DNA from: Guillardia theta CCMP2712
Taxonomy: Eukaryota > Protista > Cryptophyta
Length of the DNA stretch: 64,000 nt
Direction of reading: 5' to 3'
Assembly: GCF_000315625.1 (NCBI RefSeq)
Contig: NW_005434646.1
Coordinates: 542,966-606,965, forward strand
The notes under the pieces are model-generated. The model was given only the letters and a program-made list of their open reading frames with translations. It was not told the DNA's origin and did no database searches. Position numbers and translations under genes: made by a program. This document shows, piece after piece, positions 11,028 through 24,013 of this stretch (positions within the stretch are counted from its first letter, which is position 1; each line of letters starts with the position of its first letter).

Positions 11028-12010
11028 ATGTCCAGCTTTGTATCTCGACTTAGATTGAGCTTCTCACCTATTCCTGTCATCGCGAACAGGAGCACAATCT
11101 CTCTCATCTTGGGGCGCATGTATTCATCTAGAAGCCTGCCAATCAGGCTGGGGTTAGATTGCTGCGGAAGAACAGCACCTGGAAGAAACCGACAAGAAAT
11201 TATTTTGTACAGATCGATGAGTCGTTCGCGGTTCAACTCCTTCTTTGGTCGCAGGCATATGAGGTTGCTTCCTTCACTTGCTCACAGCTTGTTGATCGTT
11301 TTGCAGCGATACACCTCCAAACGTAAATCGCTTTCAAGAAGAGGCGCGGAAGAGGCAACAAGCTAAGAATCGACAGCTTGCTATGTACATGGGAGGCGTC
11401 ACTCTTTTCACCATCTCCTTCACCTATTTATCCGTTCCACTGTATCGACTGTTCTGTGCCAAAACTGGATTTGCGGGGACTGTGAAGCCAGCTGATATGG
11501 TGGACTATGAGAGCAAAGCAAAGCCGATCTCAGGCAAGCGTGTGCTCAAGATCAAGTTCAACGCAGACACATCAGATTCGATGCCATGGAAGTTCATTCC
11601 CCAACAGTACGAGATCAAAGTGCTGCCAGGGGAAGCTGCGTTGGCCTTCTACACAGCTGAGAACCGGACGGACAAAGCGATCATTGGGGTTGCAAGCTAC
11701 AACATTCAACCCGAAGGAGCAGCCTTATACTTCAACAAGATTCAGTGCTTTTGCTTCGAGGAACAGGTAGGAGCAAGCTTGCCTCCCAATTATCTCACCC
11801 TCGATGCAGATGTTGAAACCCAACGAGAAGATCGACATGCCTGTGTTCTTCTTCATAGATCCAGACTTTCTCATGGACAAGAATATGAATGCTGTGGATA
11901 CAATCACCTTGTCCTACACCTTCTTCAAGGCAGGCGATTCAGACGCTCCAGAGGTTGCAGGCATGCTGCAACAACATGCTCCCAGAATGCACAAACAACC
12001 AGCCGCATAG
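11028..12010 (+). CDS. COX11: Cytochrome c oxidase copper chaperone Cox11 (CtaG family)
   Basis: YLSVPLYRLFC, FNAD, YFNKIQCFCFEEQ, then intron 11767-11809, then DMPVFFFIDP...ITLSYTFF. The 5' exons and start codon are uncertain. Confidence 0.92.
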
Positions 12011-12192
12011 AAACCAAGAAAATTTGAATTCCATCTCTTTAATGTGTTGCATTTCCAGGAGCACGGAATAAAGCAGTGATGGATATTTATCGAATAGAAA
12101 ATCTGATCAACTGACGACCCTGCCTTAATCGATGGAACCGCCATACCGATCCCACCAGCGGTGGACGGACGTGCATTTTAACCCACTCTGGT

Positions 12193-13132
12193 TTACTTCC
12201 TGCGGTAGAAGTAGTCCTACAACACACCAGTGAGCTTCTCTCAAGTTAACCTGCAAGTCCTGCACTCACCCACTGCCTCCTAGCGCGGCGCCAATCATCA
12301 TAGGAGGCCTGCGCGTTAGCGAGGTAGTACGCATCCTGGGCCTTCATGTAGTAGAAGCGCGCAGTCTTGTTAAAGTCTGCGGCTTGCGCATACAGAGCGG
12401 CCTTTCAAAGATGCAAGTCAGCGACAACCATACATGTGAATGTTGATAAAAACGATGTTGAAGAGGAAACTCACAGCGTGCTTGCCGTACAAGGTCGTGA
12501 AAACCTAGAAACCAGAGTCAGGTTTGATTCCAATCTATCCCTTCACAGAGCATGATTCATCATTCAATGGATAAGAACATCGTAGATATCGGAGCACATA
12601 AACGCATGAAATACAACATTACACTCCGCTTCCCTGCAATGCAAGAAACGGAGATGACTCGTAGATGAATACGAAATGCTACAGGTGAAGCGAATCACGA
12701 AACAAAATGTGATACATCAAGAGAAAAACAATTCATCATAATGGGGCAAATGAACAATCCTAAGTCTACAGAAAGGGTGACGTGTCCCAAAAAGCAGCAT
12801 TAAAATGAATCTCCAGCCATATTGGAACGGAGCTATGAAAAGGGGGGTATGAGATTCTTGACATTCCTATACAGAAAGCAGAGTGTTGCTCAAAACGATG
12901 CCAAGCACACAAACAAACACAACAAGCCCAAGGGCGAAGAGGGCATATTACACGAACATGTGATACCCGCACACAACCGGAAGACTTCCTGTCAGGACAA
13001 GTATGATTGGCAGTGAACCACACAATCACTTCCATGTAACATTCTCATTTGCTTCCACATATCATATTGTTCTTGACGTGAATGAGCATCGCGCGCGAGC
13101 TGCAGGGACATTGAGGAGCGGCACTTCACCAT
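12193..13132 (-). CDS. Hypothetical 62-aa Ala/Tyr-rich micro-protein (4 exons)
   Basis: Exons 13132-13130 (ATG), 12504-12475, 12401-12270 and 12216-12193, with GT-AG boundaries all in phase 0. Translation: M-VFTTLYGKHA-AALYAQAADFNKTARFYYMKAQDAYYLANAQASYDDWRRARRQW-DYFYRRK*. Exons are GC-richer than the introns. The first exon is the least certain. Confidence 0.65.
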
Positions 13133-13547
13133 GGCTAGTCGGCTATAAGAGGAAGAGGCGCCTGTCTAAGCTTTAACCCCCTTCGGAATGAGCAAGTACC
13201 CCCTTTAGTCCCAGGGGGGTGGTAGCGCTGACTCTTCGCGCCTCCCCGTAGCTTCGGGGAATTAAAACAATTTAACTCATTGTTAAAACATTTTAGTGAA
13301 AAAGACTACCAAAAAGTGATCGGTTATTGGTACGGATGGCAGCTAAAATGATATAATTGGCTAATACTTTGATCCATTGGGTAGTAGATTTAGTAATAAT
13401 GACAACAATATAGGTGATACCAACACCAATTATTGAGTTACAATGTGTATAGACAAGATTGATTTTGGTACAAATCGAGAGTCTCCGGTACCACTACTTG
13501 GCGGGCTGATGTTTCTCTCTCGGACTAGACTGACCGCCCCCGAGGTC

Positions 13548-16500
13548 TCACGCATCTTTATCCTTCTCTGTCACTTCCATCGCTGCAACGGCAGAAGTTT
13601 CCTGCTGGGCACTTTCGAGGTCAGGCGAACTCCCATCCTCCATGACAGGTGGGACTGGCAGCTGAAACAAGAAGTTGGGCGCGGCCGCATCCGGGGGCCC
13701 TTCGGATTCCTATCGAGAATCATGTGAGTCAAGAAACCTGGCAAGACAAGCAAATAGAGAGGATGTTCACCTTCTTGGACAGGTCGACAAGGAGCGCCCA
13801 CTCGCTGTCCTCCTCGTCCACGCTAGCGATGTTACCGTAGAGCTTGTCGGCGTTGGCCTCTTCCATCCTCCTCTTGGCCTGAGCCCGCGAGGAGTAAGTT
13901 TGGTCTACGACAGGATTCTACAGGCACCTCCAACTCTGCGATGTGCTGGTTGAAATGTGCAGTAGCTTTCGGCTCCTGGCCCTCCCACTCTATCATAGCA
14001 AGTTTGGTCTGTGAGAGCAAACGAGTCAAAGCTCCTCGAGCTGCTTGCAGGTCACTCAAGCACGTCACCTCTACAAACAGAGAGGCGAGGTACTTGGTCT
14101 TGGACTCTGACTTGAGATCTACCCATTTCTGGCAGCACAACTCACTCGCTGCTGGGCGGAAAGGGTCTCATCACCTTGACGTACTTGCCCACCAAGACGT
14201 CATACAGCTGAAGCTTACATCCCCCCACCTTGTCGCCGAAGAATCCCTGAAGAGCTGACTTCAGCCCTGAGCAGAGCAGCACAGGCTTGCACGCACGTCT
14301 TTGCTCTGCAGGACAAGCTCCAACTTGTCCAGAAAAGGATCTCGGACCATGAATTCAAAATACTATCATGCTGATCAGGACAGGCTCAAAGAATCTCGAC
14401 CATCACCTCATTGAACTGCGGTTCGTAAGTCCCGCGGACCACACGAGTTTCAGCACTCTGAAGGGACCACTCGTCAGATGGCTTGCAGACTTGTGGGTCA
14501 ACAACCTGGTTGTTCAGCTTCAGCTGGATGAATGGGTGCAGCGTCTTCTGCTCGTTCCCGGGGAGCAACGAGCACTTGGCTTTCAGCACTTTGATCTGCG
14601 AAGGCGTCAGGTCTCTCAAGCAGCATGCACGAGCGACGGTAGGGAATACCTGGACAATGCCCTTGATGTTCTTAATGGGCTGATGGCGAACAGAACCGAT
14701 CAATAGTACAAGATGCAATCTGAGCAGAAGCACTCACTTGAGATATGAGGATCGGGCTGGCCAGCCCTCCCAGGAGATCCTTGTCATCGAGTCCTGCAGG
14801 CATCCATCAAACCTCCACTCCTCTGACCTGAGGGCAAAGACCTGAGTTCTCTCGTTGAATACCTGTGTTTACCTGCAAGACCCCCGGGGGAACACAAACG
14901 TGAGTTGACTGGAAGCGTTGAATTGAAGGATTGTTAGGGGCCATTGTTCCATTACCGCGCAGGTGAGCGTTTCCATTCTAAGGGTAGCGTGCACAATGCC
15001 AGTCCTGATCTGTTTCAACTGAAAAGACATCATCACAGGCACTTGAAGGAAGACTTGGTTAAAGTAGCTCACCGACACTTTTCCTGTCCATCGACTGTCT
15101 TGCATGGATTGTAACTATTCGAAAACGTGACCATCGACAGGCATTCATGACAACCCTTACCTGTTTTAAGCTGAAAGAATAAGTCCCGATCTCATCATCT
15201 CTAACATGATAGCTGTGCCACTGTCAACGGCAAATTGAAAAGAAAAGACGAGTACCCGCGAGAAACATCATCCTGATGGACCGTCAGGACAACTTCCTCG
15301 TTAAGCACGTCACTGGCAAACATTGCAAATGTTTCTTCCCATCGCGGATTCATAGAGTTGAGTTTTGGGGTCGTCTTCTCTACTTGATTTCCGAGTTGTA
15401 TCTTCACGTAAGGGTCTCGCGTACCGATGATTTTGGGCATCAAATTCTCAGCTCCATGAATGGTCACCCATACCAAGGCTTTGTACTGTCTCCTTGGAAG
15501 CAGCTCCTTCCATAAGTAGCGATCCTCCTCAATCTCCTTTGCTAGCTGCACAGGAGCTGCCCCCAGCCGCACAGCACGTTTCTTCTCTATCTGCGTACGG
15601 AATGCTTTGGAAGATTCCGGAATCCAGTCCGACCTTCCGCCGATGAATTCTTTACTAGGGCTGTATTGAGAGGAGAGGGTCGCAAGAGGCTCTCTGAAGG
15701 GTGCATAAGCACTTCTCAACAGCATACGTGCATTCGTGATATCCGCAATGTCCTTCCAGTGCGGCTTCTTGAACTCCTCTCCCAGCAACTCCTTGACTGA
15801 CACTGTCAAGAGCAGCACCGGCTGGTAGGTGATACCATCCTGTACACAAACCAGCTGCATTTCCATCACCTCTTCATCCCTTCCAGCTACAAAGAATTCA
15901 AAGCGCTCATGTAGTGATTCGTGGAACGTGTTGATGATTTTGTGTGTTCTGAACTGCTGCTTGCCCAAAGTAACTCGGATATAAAGGTCCTGTAGACAAC
16001 CTGTCAGACAAGCATAAAGGAACAAGAGCGAGCATGGCATACCTGAGCACCGCTCTCCTTATAACTTGGATGAAGCATCATCTTTGCCTCTTCAACAAAC
16101 AACGTCATCACGCCCGAGTACTTATCTCGGTCGGTTGCAACATGTCCCCTCTCCTTGTAGTAGTCGTCTAGCTTGAATTTCTCCAAGGCAACGATCTTCC
16201 CCATCGGCAAGACAATCTCTTGCTCTATTCCTTTCATTATCAGGTCATGCAGCATCAAATCTAATCCTGGAATGCGCATGACATCCAACCCGCCGAGGGG
16301 AAGTATACTCAAGTCCAAGTTGGGCTTCTCTAACATAGATATCCAAATGACGCGAAGGAACGGCATTTCATCTTTGAGGTGCAACCTTATCAAGAGCTTT
16401 GTCTCGACACTGATGTTCTCAACTTTGATCGGGATCATGATGTTACTCGGGCCTTTGATGTTGAGCTCAACGCCAGCGTCCTTGTCAGAAACAAACCTCA

Positions 16501-17183
16501 CGGTCGCGGTCAAGCAGACTTCATCAAGCGACCTCATCGGATTGAGCTGAACGTCGATGATCCAAGGAGAAGACTCGCGGAGAGTGACGCGAGTGATGAG
16601 GATGTCTCTGATCGGCCCTGCCGGGAGCACCGAGTCCCTCCGAAGGCCCTCGAGGATTTCGTTGAGGATGCTTGTCCTGATGACATCGGAGAGGATGAGG
16701 GGATAGCGGAGCCACACATGGCGGATGACACCGTTGAGCCACTCCACCGTCTCCACCTTGGACTTGAACTCTTTGTGCAGCTTCTGCATGAACTCTGATG
16801 CGACGTCGGGGAGGCCCTGCGGCTGATTGAAAGAGTCTTCTTCCACGGTCGCGCTCGCCGGCAGGTCCTTGTAGAGACGAGCAGCGTACATGTACAGGCC
16901 GATCATGCCGCCTAGGAAAGCAACCTGAGACACAACGGTGAGGACGATGCTGTGAGCAGAGGAGACGGAGAGAACCGAGAGGGACGTCGGAAGGATCTGA
17001 AATCGTCCGACGACATACGCTGCTGGGAGCAGGACAGTGATGGTGAAGGAGGGTCGACTGAAGACCTTGCAATGACAAGCGTCATGGTTCTAACCTCGTC
17101 CTGCATGCAGCAATTCTCCTCCTCCCTCCTCCCTCCTCCCTCCTCCCCCTCACCTTCATCGTCGATAGCGCGAACTTCTCCAT
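13548..17183 (-). CDS. Extended-synaptotagmin/tricalbin-like protein (TM + SMP domain + several C2 domains), multi-exon
   Basis: Hydrophobic VAFLGGMIGLYMYAA. SMP start ETVEWLNGVIRHVW and end DVMRIPGL...IVLP. C2 domain VTIHGAENLMPK...RDPYVKIQLGNQVEKT...NPRWEETF, with further C2-like exons. Gene ends are inferred from splice sites. Confidence 0.85.
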
Positions 17184-17394
17184 TGCGATCCACCTCTTCA
17201 GCTCCCCTGCTACAGTAAAACACTGGGTAGCTAATCCCTTTTTCTTCTGTCGGACGTGACCGGGAGACAGTCAGTGCCGCAGTGCAGCTACAAGGAATAT
17301 CAGAACATTTCACGTATCATATTCCAAGTAGCTGACGTGAAGCTCACTTCTTTACTAGTAACCTTCAACTAAAACTTCAGAGAAGCAATCGTTC

Positions 17395-17497
17395 CATTTC
17401 ATTTCATTTCATTTCATTTCAAAGTCTTACTTTATTGACTGATTTTCAGTTCATTTCAGTTCATTTCAGTTCATTTCAGTTCATTTCACGTTTCATT
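17395..17497 (+). repeat. (ATTTC)n microsatellite followed by a derived 10-mer (TTCAGTTCAT)n
   Basis: Direct read; intergenic, between the kinase stop and the SMP-C2 gene start. Confidence 0.9.
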
Positions 17498-17541
17498 AGT
17501 TAATCTATCTCACTCAAAGTCGATTGTACAGTCATGTAGCA

Positions 17542-20500
17542 CTAGATGTCACCCGTGTCTATGTCTTCGCGCCGCGACCCAACGCTCTGGCTTCGCCTCC
17601 TGCTTCCCTCTTTCCGGCTTCGCCTCTTGGGCTTCGAGGCGTCTTCCCCCAGGTCTCCTTTCAAGCTCGCCGCGACTCTGCAGATCTGATCGAATCCCGG
17701 ACGGTCTGCCGGAGACTGAAAACACAGAGAAGGATGAGTCAGGATGCTAAGAGACAGGACGCTGATGGGAGGGGAGACAGGAGGAGAGGCACAAACCTGC
17801 ATCCACATGCTCTCTACGAGCTTTACAAGTTGGTCCACCACAGCTGGAGCGTCGAGATCCGAGTCCGAGAGCTGCGTAGGTTTCACGTCAACGCGGCAGC
17901 CTCGCATGCTCTCACTCACCTCTTGTGAGAGTCGCTCAGACAGGCAGCCGACAGACGGCCTCTCGCCGCCCCAGCCGACGATCCCAGGGATCGACTGAGC
18001 TGGTTTGTCCTTGTATGGCTCCGAGAGGGAGAGGAGCTCCCAAAGCACGATGGCGAAGGAGTACACATCACAACTGTGAAAGCGTTAAGATGTCACGACG
18101 GGCCGACGGCATGGCACAGTCGCACCTCTCGTCTACATCCGCTCCTCTATGGACCTCGGGAGCGATGTAATTCAAGGTCCCCCCTTGGTGAATTGTCTGA
18201 AGATACGCTCCTTGCTTGTCCCTTGCCAAACCAAAGTCGCAAACCTGAGGAAGCACAAGAAGAATCAGCGACCACAATGAGTTGAGCGCCGACCACATCT
18301 TGACTACGTACCTTGACGATCTCATCGTCCTGACACAACAGAAGATTTTCTGGTTTGACATCTCTGTGTACTACTGGAGGGTTCTGCCGCCGACATGTTT
18401 CAATGACAGCATATTCACAGTGACCATATCAGTTACCTGGGAATGTAAGTACAGAAGGCCATTCATGGCTCCGAGAGCTATATCAAGTCGTTTGATCAGG
18501 TTGGCATCTTTGCCTTGATTGCGCAAGAAATGCCTCAGATCGTAGTCCATGAGCTGCAAAATTCCATCATTCATGAATCATCAAGATTGATGCAGGTAAA
18601 GCAGCAAGAGAAGACTCCAAAATGATACAAAGATCCATATCAGCGACGAAAGGGAATATAGTAGACACCATCGATTGCCCATCAAACATTTTTAGAAATC
18701 AAAAGCAACGCACAGCCTAATTCTGACCACCTAGGTAAAGACAAACAAATATACTACGATGACTCACCTCAGTAATTATGCACAGTTTTGGAGCTTTTGT
18801 CACTGCACCATAGAACGCCAAGATATTGGGATGCCTCAACCGACAAAGTCTCGAAACCTCGCATCTAAACGCTTGCAGCATCTCTCGCATATATTCGTTC
18901 TGAAAATCCTCTGAGCCTGTTATGTCCAAATCCTTGATAGCTACACGGGCATGTTGCCATTTTCCTTCCCACACAGCACCACAGATTCCTCTTCCTATAC
19001 ACTTCATCCGCTTCAACTCGGCAGGATCAACTTCCCAGACCTCCGAAAGCTCGCCAGTGATTGCACGATGGATCTGACCGCCTTCCGGTAAATCATCTTC
19101 TTCGTTTGCCGATTCTCTTCTTTGATCATCATCATCTTTCGAATCACCAATGGAATCATGCATAGAAGATAGATGGTTATCGCAATCAATGTCGCATCCT
19201 TGATCGGCGTTCGGGGCGTGCTCATCCACGATGCCCAACATAGGAGAACTTCCATCCTGTAAGGAGCCTGACGCAGCTTCGTTGATATCTAGACCTGTCT
19301 GACTTGAAACTGAACCTTCGTCTCTCTCGTCATCTTGCTCTAAATTTGAGTATTCACAGGATGGGTCACATGGCTGTGACTTGGCAGACTCAAGCTGCTG
19401 CCGCAAACGATTGTTCTCAGCTAGGTATCGATTCAACATAGTCTCGTACACTTCCAAGCGTTTTGACATCGTTTCCATTTCACGATGTTGTTGCAGTGTG
19501 AGCGTAGCAGCTAAAGCCTCAGGCTTCCTCGGAGACGGCTGCATTCCTCCTCGCGGGGTCCTGGGAGAAAACAAACGGGGGGAAGGATTCGAAGCTCCCT
19601 GAGCGCGGGGAGACAGCAAGCCTCTCGGAGAAGGCTGCAGACGCGGAGATGCCTGAGCTCTCGGAGTGATCTGAGGAGAAGGTCCCGAGACGTATCCCCT
19701 TGGCGTACGTGCAAGCGAGCCACCCCCAAGCGTCGATGAGCCCGAAGGACGAGGAGACGGCCGAGCTGATGTGATGCCGAAATTGGAAAGATGACTCGGC
19801 CTACCAGGGGATATGCTGCCGGAAGAAGTGTGCCTTCCCGGAGAGGTGATGAATGAGATTGACCGGGAACTCAGAGGACCGTGTGGATCTGGGCTTGGCA
19901 GTCTCCCTTCGTTCAGGTCCCGCTGGTCTCTACCCCCGCTGAAGGCTCCATCCTTGGAAACTCCTGACAAGGCCCCCTTGCTCAGACCTGATGCTGCACC
20001 AGACCCATCTCGAACCACATTGAGGGACAATCGAGGCACGGGAGGTCCTTCAACAGGAGCATCCACTGCTGAAGCAGCAAGCTTGAACAGAGGCAAATTA
20101 GTCCATGCATATTCTGCCCAAGAACCTTTGGAAGCGTCCAGGTTCATTGCTTCAGGATTCCCAATCTTCAGCAGCTCACAACAAGCACCTTCAAAGAACA
20201 TCGAAATAGCAACATGAAAGCTACTTCCCTGGTTATCACTACTATCTAGCTTCACAGGAGGAAGCTGTTCAATGGAATACTGAAGCTCTTTCTCAGAAGT
20301 CCTTAAGGAAGCGGAAAGAATTGTGCCATTAGTTGTATCAGACCGTTTGCCCCTCGCGAATCTAAGTTCTCCTTGATCCAAGTCCACATCCATGAGAATA
20401 ATATCGCCCTCTCCGTAACGGATCGCTGTGTCGCAGAGAGTTTTTGGCCCTGCTCTCACCCCCCCAGTTGATGTGTAATACCAAACTTTTCCTTCACAGG

Positions 20501-21050
20501 AGGCTGTTGCCCATCCTCCTGCACTTGAGAGTACCTCATCGCATTGCAAACCGATTCCAACTGACATTCTTCCTGTCCTTCCAGCCACCTTGAGTCCCCA
20601 AAGATGCCTGCCTTCCTTCATTCCCTCGCTCAGCGCAACACCCCAACAGCAGTCTTCGGATTGTTTATAGCATATGTTCTGCTCAATTCTGCACCCTGAG
20701 ACCCTGCAGACAGCATCGGTGTTACATGAGAACAAGAAAGTTTCGTCCAATCGCCCTCACCTTGTCCAGGGTGAAGGAGAGCTGCACTTGGCCATGTGGA
20801 TCCGGTTCGAGGGTTCTTAAAGATCTTCGCTCCTTCTCCTCCCAGCAGACATGAATCTGAGCAAGGGGAATCAAGACAATTCTTTTAAACAGACCTTTAC
20901 GAAATGTTCGAGAGAAGGCTTCCAAGAGCCGCAGGCACTACACTGGTCGATAGCAGGACCCGAGGGCTCAAAGGATCAAACAAGGGGGAAGGAAGTGCTG
21001 GTCAGGGAGGGAGCCGAGGATAAGCGGCAAAGTGGGACAGATAGGACATG
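17542..21050 (-). CDS. TKL/Raf-like Ser/Thr protein kinase with N-terminal SPRY-like domain, SP/TP-rich linker and short coiled coil
   Basis: Kinase motifs: IGRGICGAVW, VAIK, HPNILAFYG, HRDVKPEN, CDFGLAR, GTLNYIAPE, DVYSFAIVLWEL, DRPGF. SPRY-like: EGRHLWGLKV...YGEGDIILMDVDLDQGELRF. Start codon uncertain. Confidence 0.88.
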
Positions 21051-21299
21051 ATTGCCATTCAGAGCAGAGAGGAGCCATTCATTTTGGTGCACGCAAGGGC
21101 GAGGTCTGCGATTATATCGCCATGTTGCGCGGAGGCGCCGCCGACATTTTGGCTCGAATGAAGATCATTCATTCATGCCTCCCTTAATATTTCAAAGTTT
21201 AGAGACCATTTTGGCATCCTTAAAATCCTGAATGCTCATAAACAAGTCCCCCTCAGAGGTCATTGGGCGGGCCGGCGCCCGGACCAAAACTGTACTGTG

Positions 21300-21985
21300 T
21301 AAAGGCACGCAAGATCTGACTACAGGAATCGTCGAGCTCAACCAGACACACTTCATCAATCAGATTGTGGAACGCTTCGATTTGCTAAACAGCCACGGAT
21401 TAGCGACATCAAGGCAATTATCCATCTGATACAATACGTATACAACACTCGAGAACAGGGCTTGACATTTTCCCCGTCAGACGGGCACATTCAAGGCTTC
21501 AATCAACAGTATTATCACAACACCTTGATAGCAGCGAGCGATTCCACCTGGGGAACAGATCCAATTACCCGCCGTTCTCAAGGGGGAATCGTTATCTCCT
21601 TGAACGGCGGCCCAGTTAACTTCTCCAGCAAACTACAGAAGGTCGTCAACTTGTCGAGCACGGAGGCCCAGCTGAATCGTTACGGACGTTACGATCTCTT
21701 ATGCTCGAGCTGGGGTCCGCACAGCGCGATCCAACCATCATTCTCGTCGATAACGCAGCGGTCATCCATCTGCTCAAGGACCGTCAAGCATTTTCTAAGC
21801 TCAAGCATATTGCAATACGACATCGCTTTATCCTTCAGATGGTGGATGAAAATGAAATCATTGCTGTGAAGATTTCTACCATGTACAACCCCGCAGACAT
21901 CTTAACGAAGATCTGCCCGGTCTCCAAAATTCAACAGCTAGCTCAGTTCTTGTTTGGCAACGACATATCTCGGATCGACAGTTGA
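21300..21985 (+). mobile_element. Degenerate Ty1/copia pol fragment (end of RT and RNase H)
   Basis: LNQTHFINQIVERF; SDSTWGTDPITRRSQGG; SSKLQKVVNLSSTEA; VDNAAVI; KHIAIRHRF; NPADILTK. Split across frames by deletions and frameshifts. Confidence 0.9.
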
Positions 21986-22406
21986 GCAACGCTTCAAGCG
22001 TCATGCAGGACCCGCTGACCGAGCTCCCTGTACCTCGTCAGGGAGGGAGACGGATGCTGCAAAGTCACAGAAGGTCATCTGAGCAACACTGATGACAGTC
22101 GGGAAGGGTTCACTGAATGAACAATTTAATCAGGGAAATTTTATATCCACATCATATATCTGAATACTGAACTTCATGACAGGCTGAACCTCTGATGATA
22201 TCTGATGATTGACATCAGCATCGAGCCTCGCATCATCCCTATGTCAAGTGACATGGACGAGTCACAGGGATCCCCCAAGCAGAGCCAGGAGTCGCACATG
22301 ATGACGATGGAGGGATCAGTCCTGATCAAAGGTCTGAATGTCAAAATTGACAAGAGCTGTTTTCAATCCAACCTCAAAGCCTGCACGTGGTAAGACGCTG
22401 TGACAG

Positions 22407-22679
22407 TCAGGAGAGGAAGTACCTTAACAAGGCAGTCTTTACGTCGACATGATGAAGCAATCGAATAGTGCTCAGGTCTGCAAATGGTGCGAATGTCTCT
22501 TCATAGTCAATACCCTTCACTTGACGATATCCCAACGCTACTACACGAGCCTTGAATTTGTCTAGGGTTCCATTTGAATTTGTTTTTACCTTGAAAACTG
22601 GTTTGCAAGGGATAGTTTTTGTTCCGGGAGGAACCTTTGACTCAGTAGTATACACCAATTTTTGTTCAAGGCTTGTCAT
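22407..22679 (-). mobile_element. Degenerate Ty1/copia reverse transcriptase N-terminal fragment (RVT_2)
   Basis: IPCKPVFKVKTNSNGTLDKFKARVVALGYRQVKGIDYEETFAP...HVDVKTA; truncated. Confidence 0.92.
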
Positions 22680-22729
22680 TTCATCTTAAAGTGCCTTCTT
22701 CCTTTATGCTTTTGAGTTCCTTGATCTGC

Positions 22730-23060
22730 TGCCAGTACGGTAATTGAGGGTTGATGAGGTGAAGTAGGCTGTCACTGAGATGCCCGGGACGGCCGCCCGT
22801 TGGGGGTCAGAGTCACCGTGCCAGTACGGCGTGATTTTGGTGGAATTATCTTTCAAGTCAATGTCATCTGGTACCGTGCTACTACACAATGTGATGACTC
22901 ATCGGGAATCTTTAGTGACTGCGGGATTTTCGTTCGGGCTCACCGTCACTCGGAGGCTCGGTGAATTCACTGACTGGACGGTCGCCTGGCAGTGGCACGC
23001 GGGCCGGGCCCGGCGGCCCAGGCCTGGCCGCAGTTCCGCCCAGTGCCCGGGCAGACTCCC
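22730..23060. repeat. GC/CCGG-rich non-coding island adjoining the copia remnant
   Basis: CCGG/GGCC clusters and CAGTACGG, GTCACCGT, GGTACCGT, TTCACTGA words, as at 370-700. Confidence 0.5.
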
Positions 23061-23311
23061 GTTATTACTCAACAACACTTGAGTAAAAGATTCTCGTGTG
23101 CCTCTCGCATTCATACCACCCCTAGTTCTCGAGTTGTCCTCTGCCCTGCCTTCTCTCGCGACGTTTCTGGGTTATCCTGGTACCCTTGAACTTTTTCACT
23201 ATAGGGACAACTATAGAATTCATCCCCCTGACATCCGATAGATATTAACCCAACCTCCGGATCCCACACCCACTCAGTACCCACCCCACCCATCAGTCCG
23301 AGCAGAGCGCC

Positions 23312-23866
23312 ATGGCGGGGAAAGGAGGGACGAACGTGGACGAGCCGCTGGATCTGCTGAGACTGTCGCTGGACGAGAGGATCTATGTGAAGATGAGAGG
23401 AGACAGAGAGCTCAGGGGAAAGTTGCATGTAAGTGCTTGTCTTGTCTCCCTTTCTGCGACCCGCCATGTTTCCTTGTCCATGCTTTTGCAGTGCTCAGCT
23501 CCCCAGCTCGTTCTCGGCTCAGATAGGATCTCCAGACACGAGTGTTCATGTCTTGAGATCTGTTGTTCTTATTGTTTCTGGATCATTTCGAGCTCCTTGT
23601 TGCATTTCTCCTGATGGATTCGATGGGCAGGCTTATGATCAGCATTTGAACATGGTTTTGGGGGAAGTCGAAGAAGTTGTAACTGTAGTAGAATATGACG
23701 AAGATACTTTCGAAGAGCACGTCAAGGTATACAATCTTAGGATAGTTGAAAGTTCGATCGATCCAGCTTACTCGTGCTGTAACAGATGACTAAGAGGAAC
23801 ATCGACATGTTGTATGTAAGAGGAGATGGAGTCATCCTAGTTTCGCCCCCTTTGAGAACCAGTTAG
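23312..23866 (+). CDS. LSM3: U6 snRNA-associated Sm-like protein LSm3
   Basis: Exons 23312-23428, 23631-23726 and 23786-23866 give [40 protein letters not shown]...[15 protein letters not shown]. Confidence 0.97.
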
Positions 23867-24013
23867 GCGTTGTGACAATCTCTTCCTGATGAATCTTATT
23901 GAAACATATGACATTTAACGAGGAGATTTGAGAGAATGGTCATGAGCGCGCATGAAATCACGGATCCACAGCAGATTTCACGGACTTTACATTTACTTGA
24001 TCAGCAGGGAAGG

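Noticed and set aside
22205-22393. 62-aa ORF between the copia fragments
   Set aside because: No motif; probably retroelement non-coding debris.
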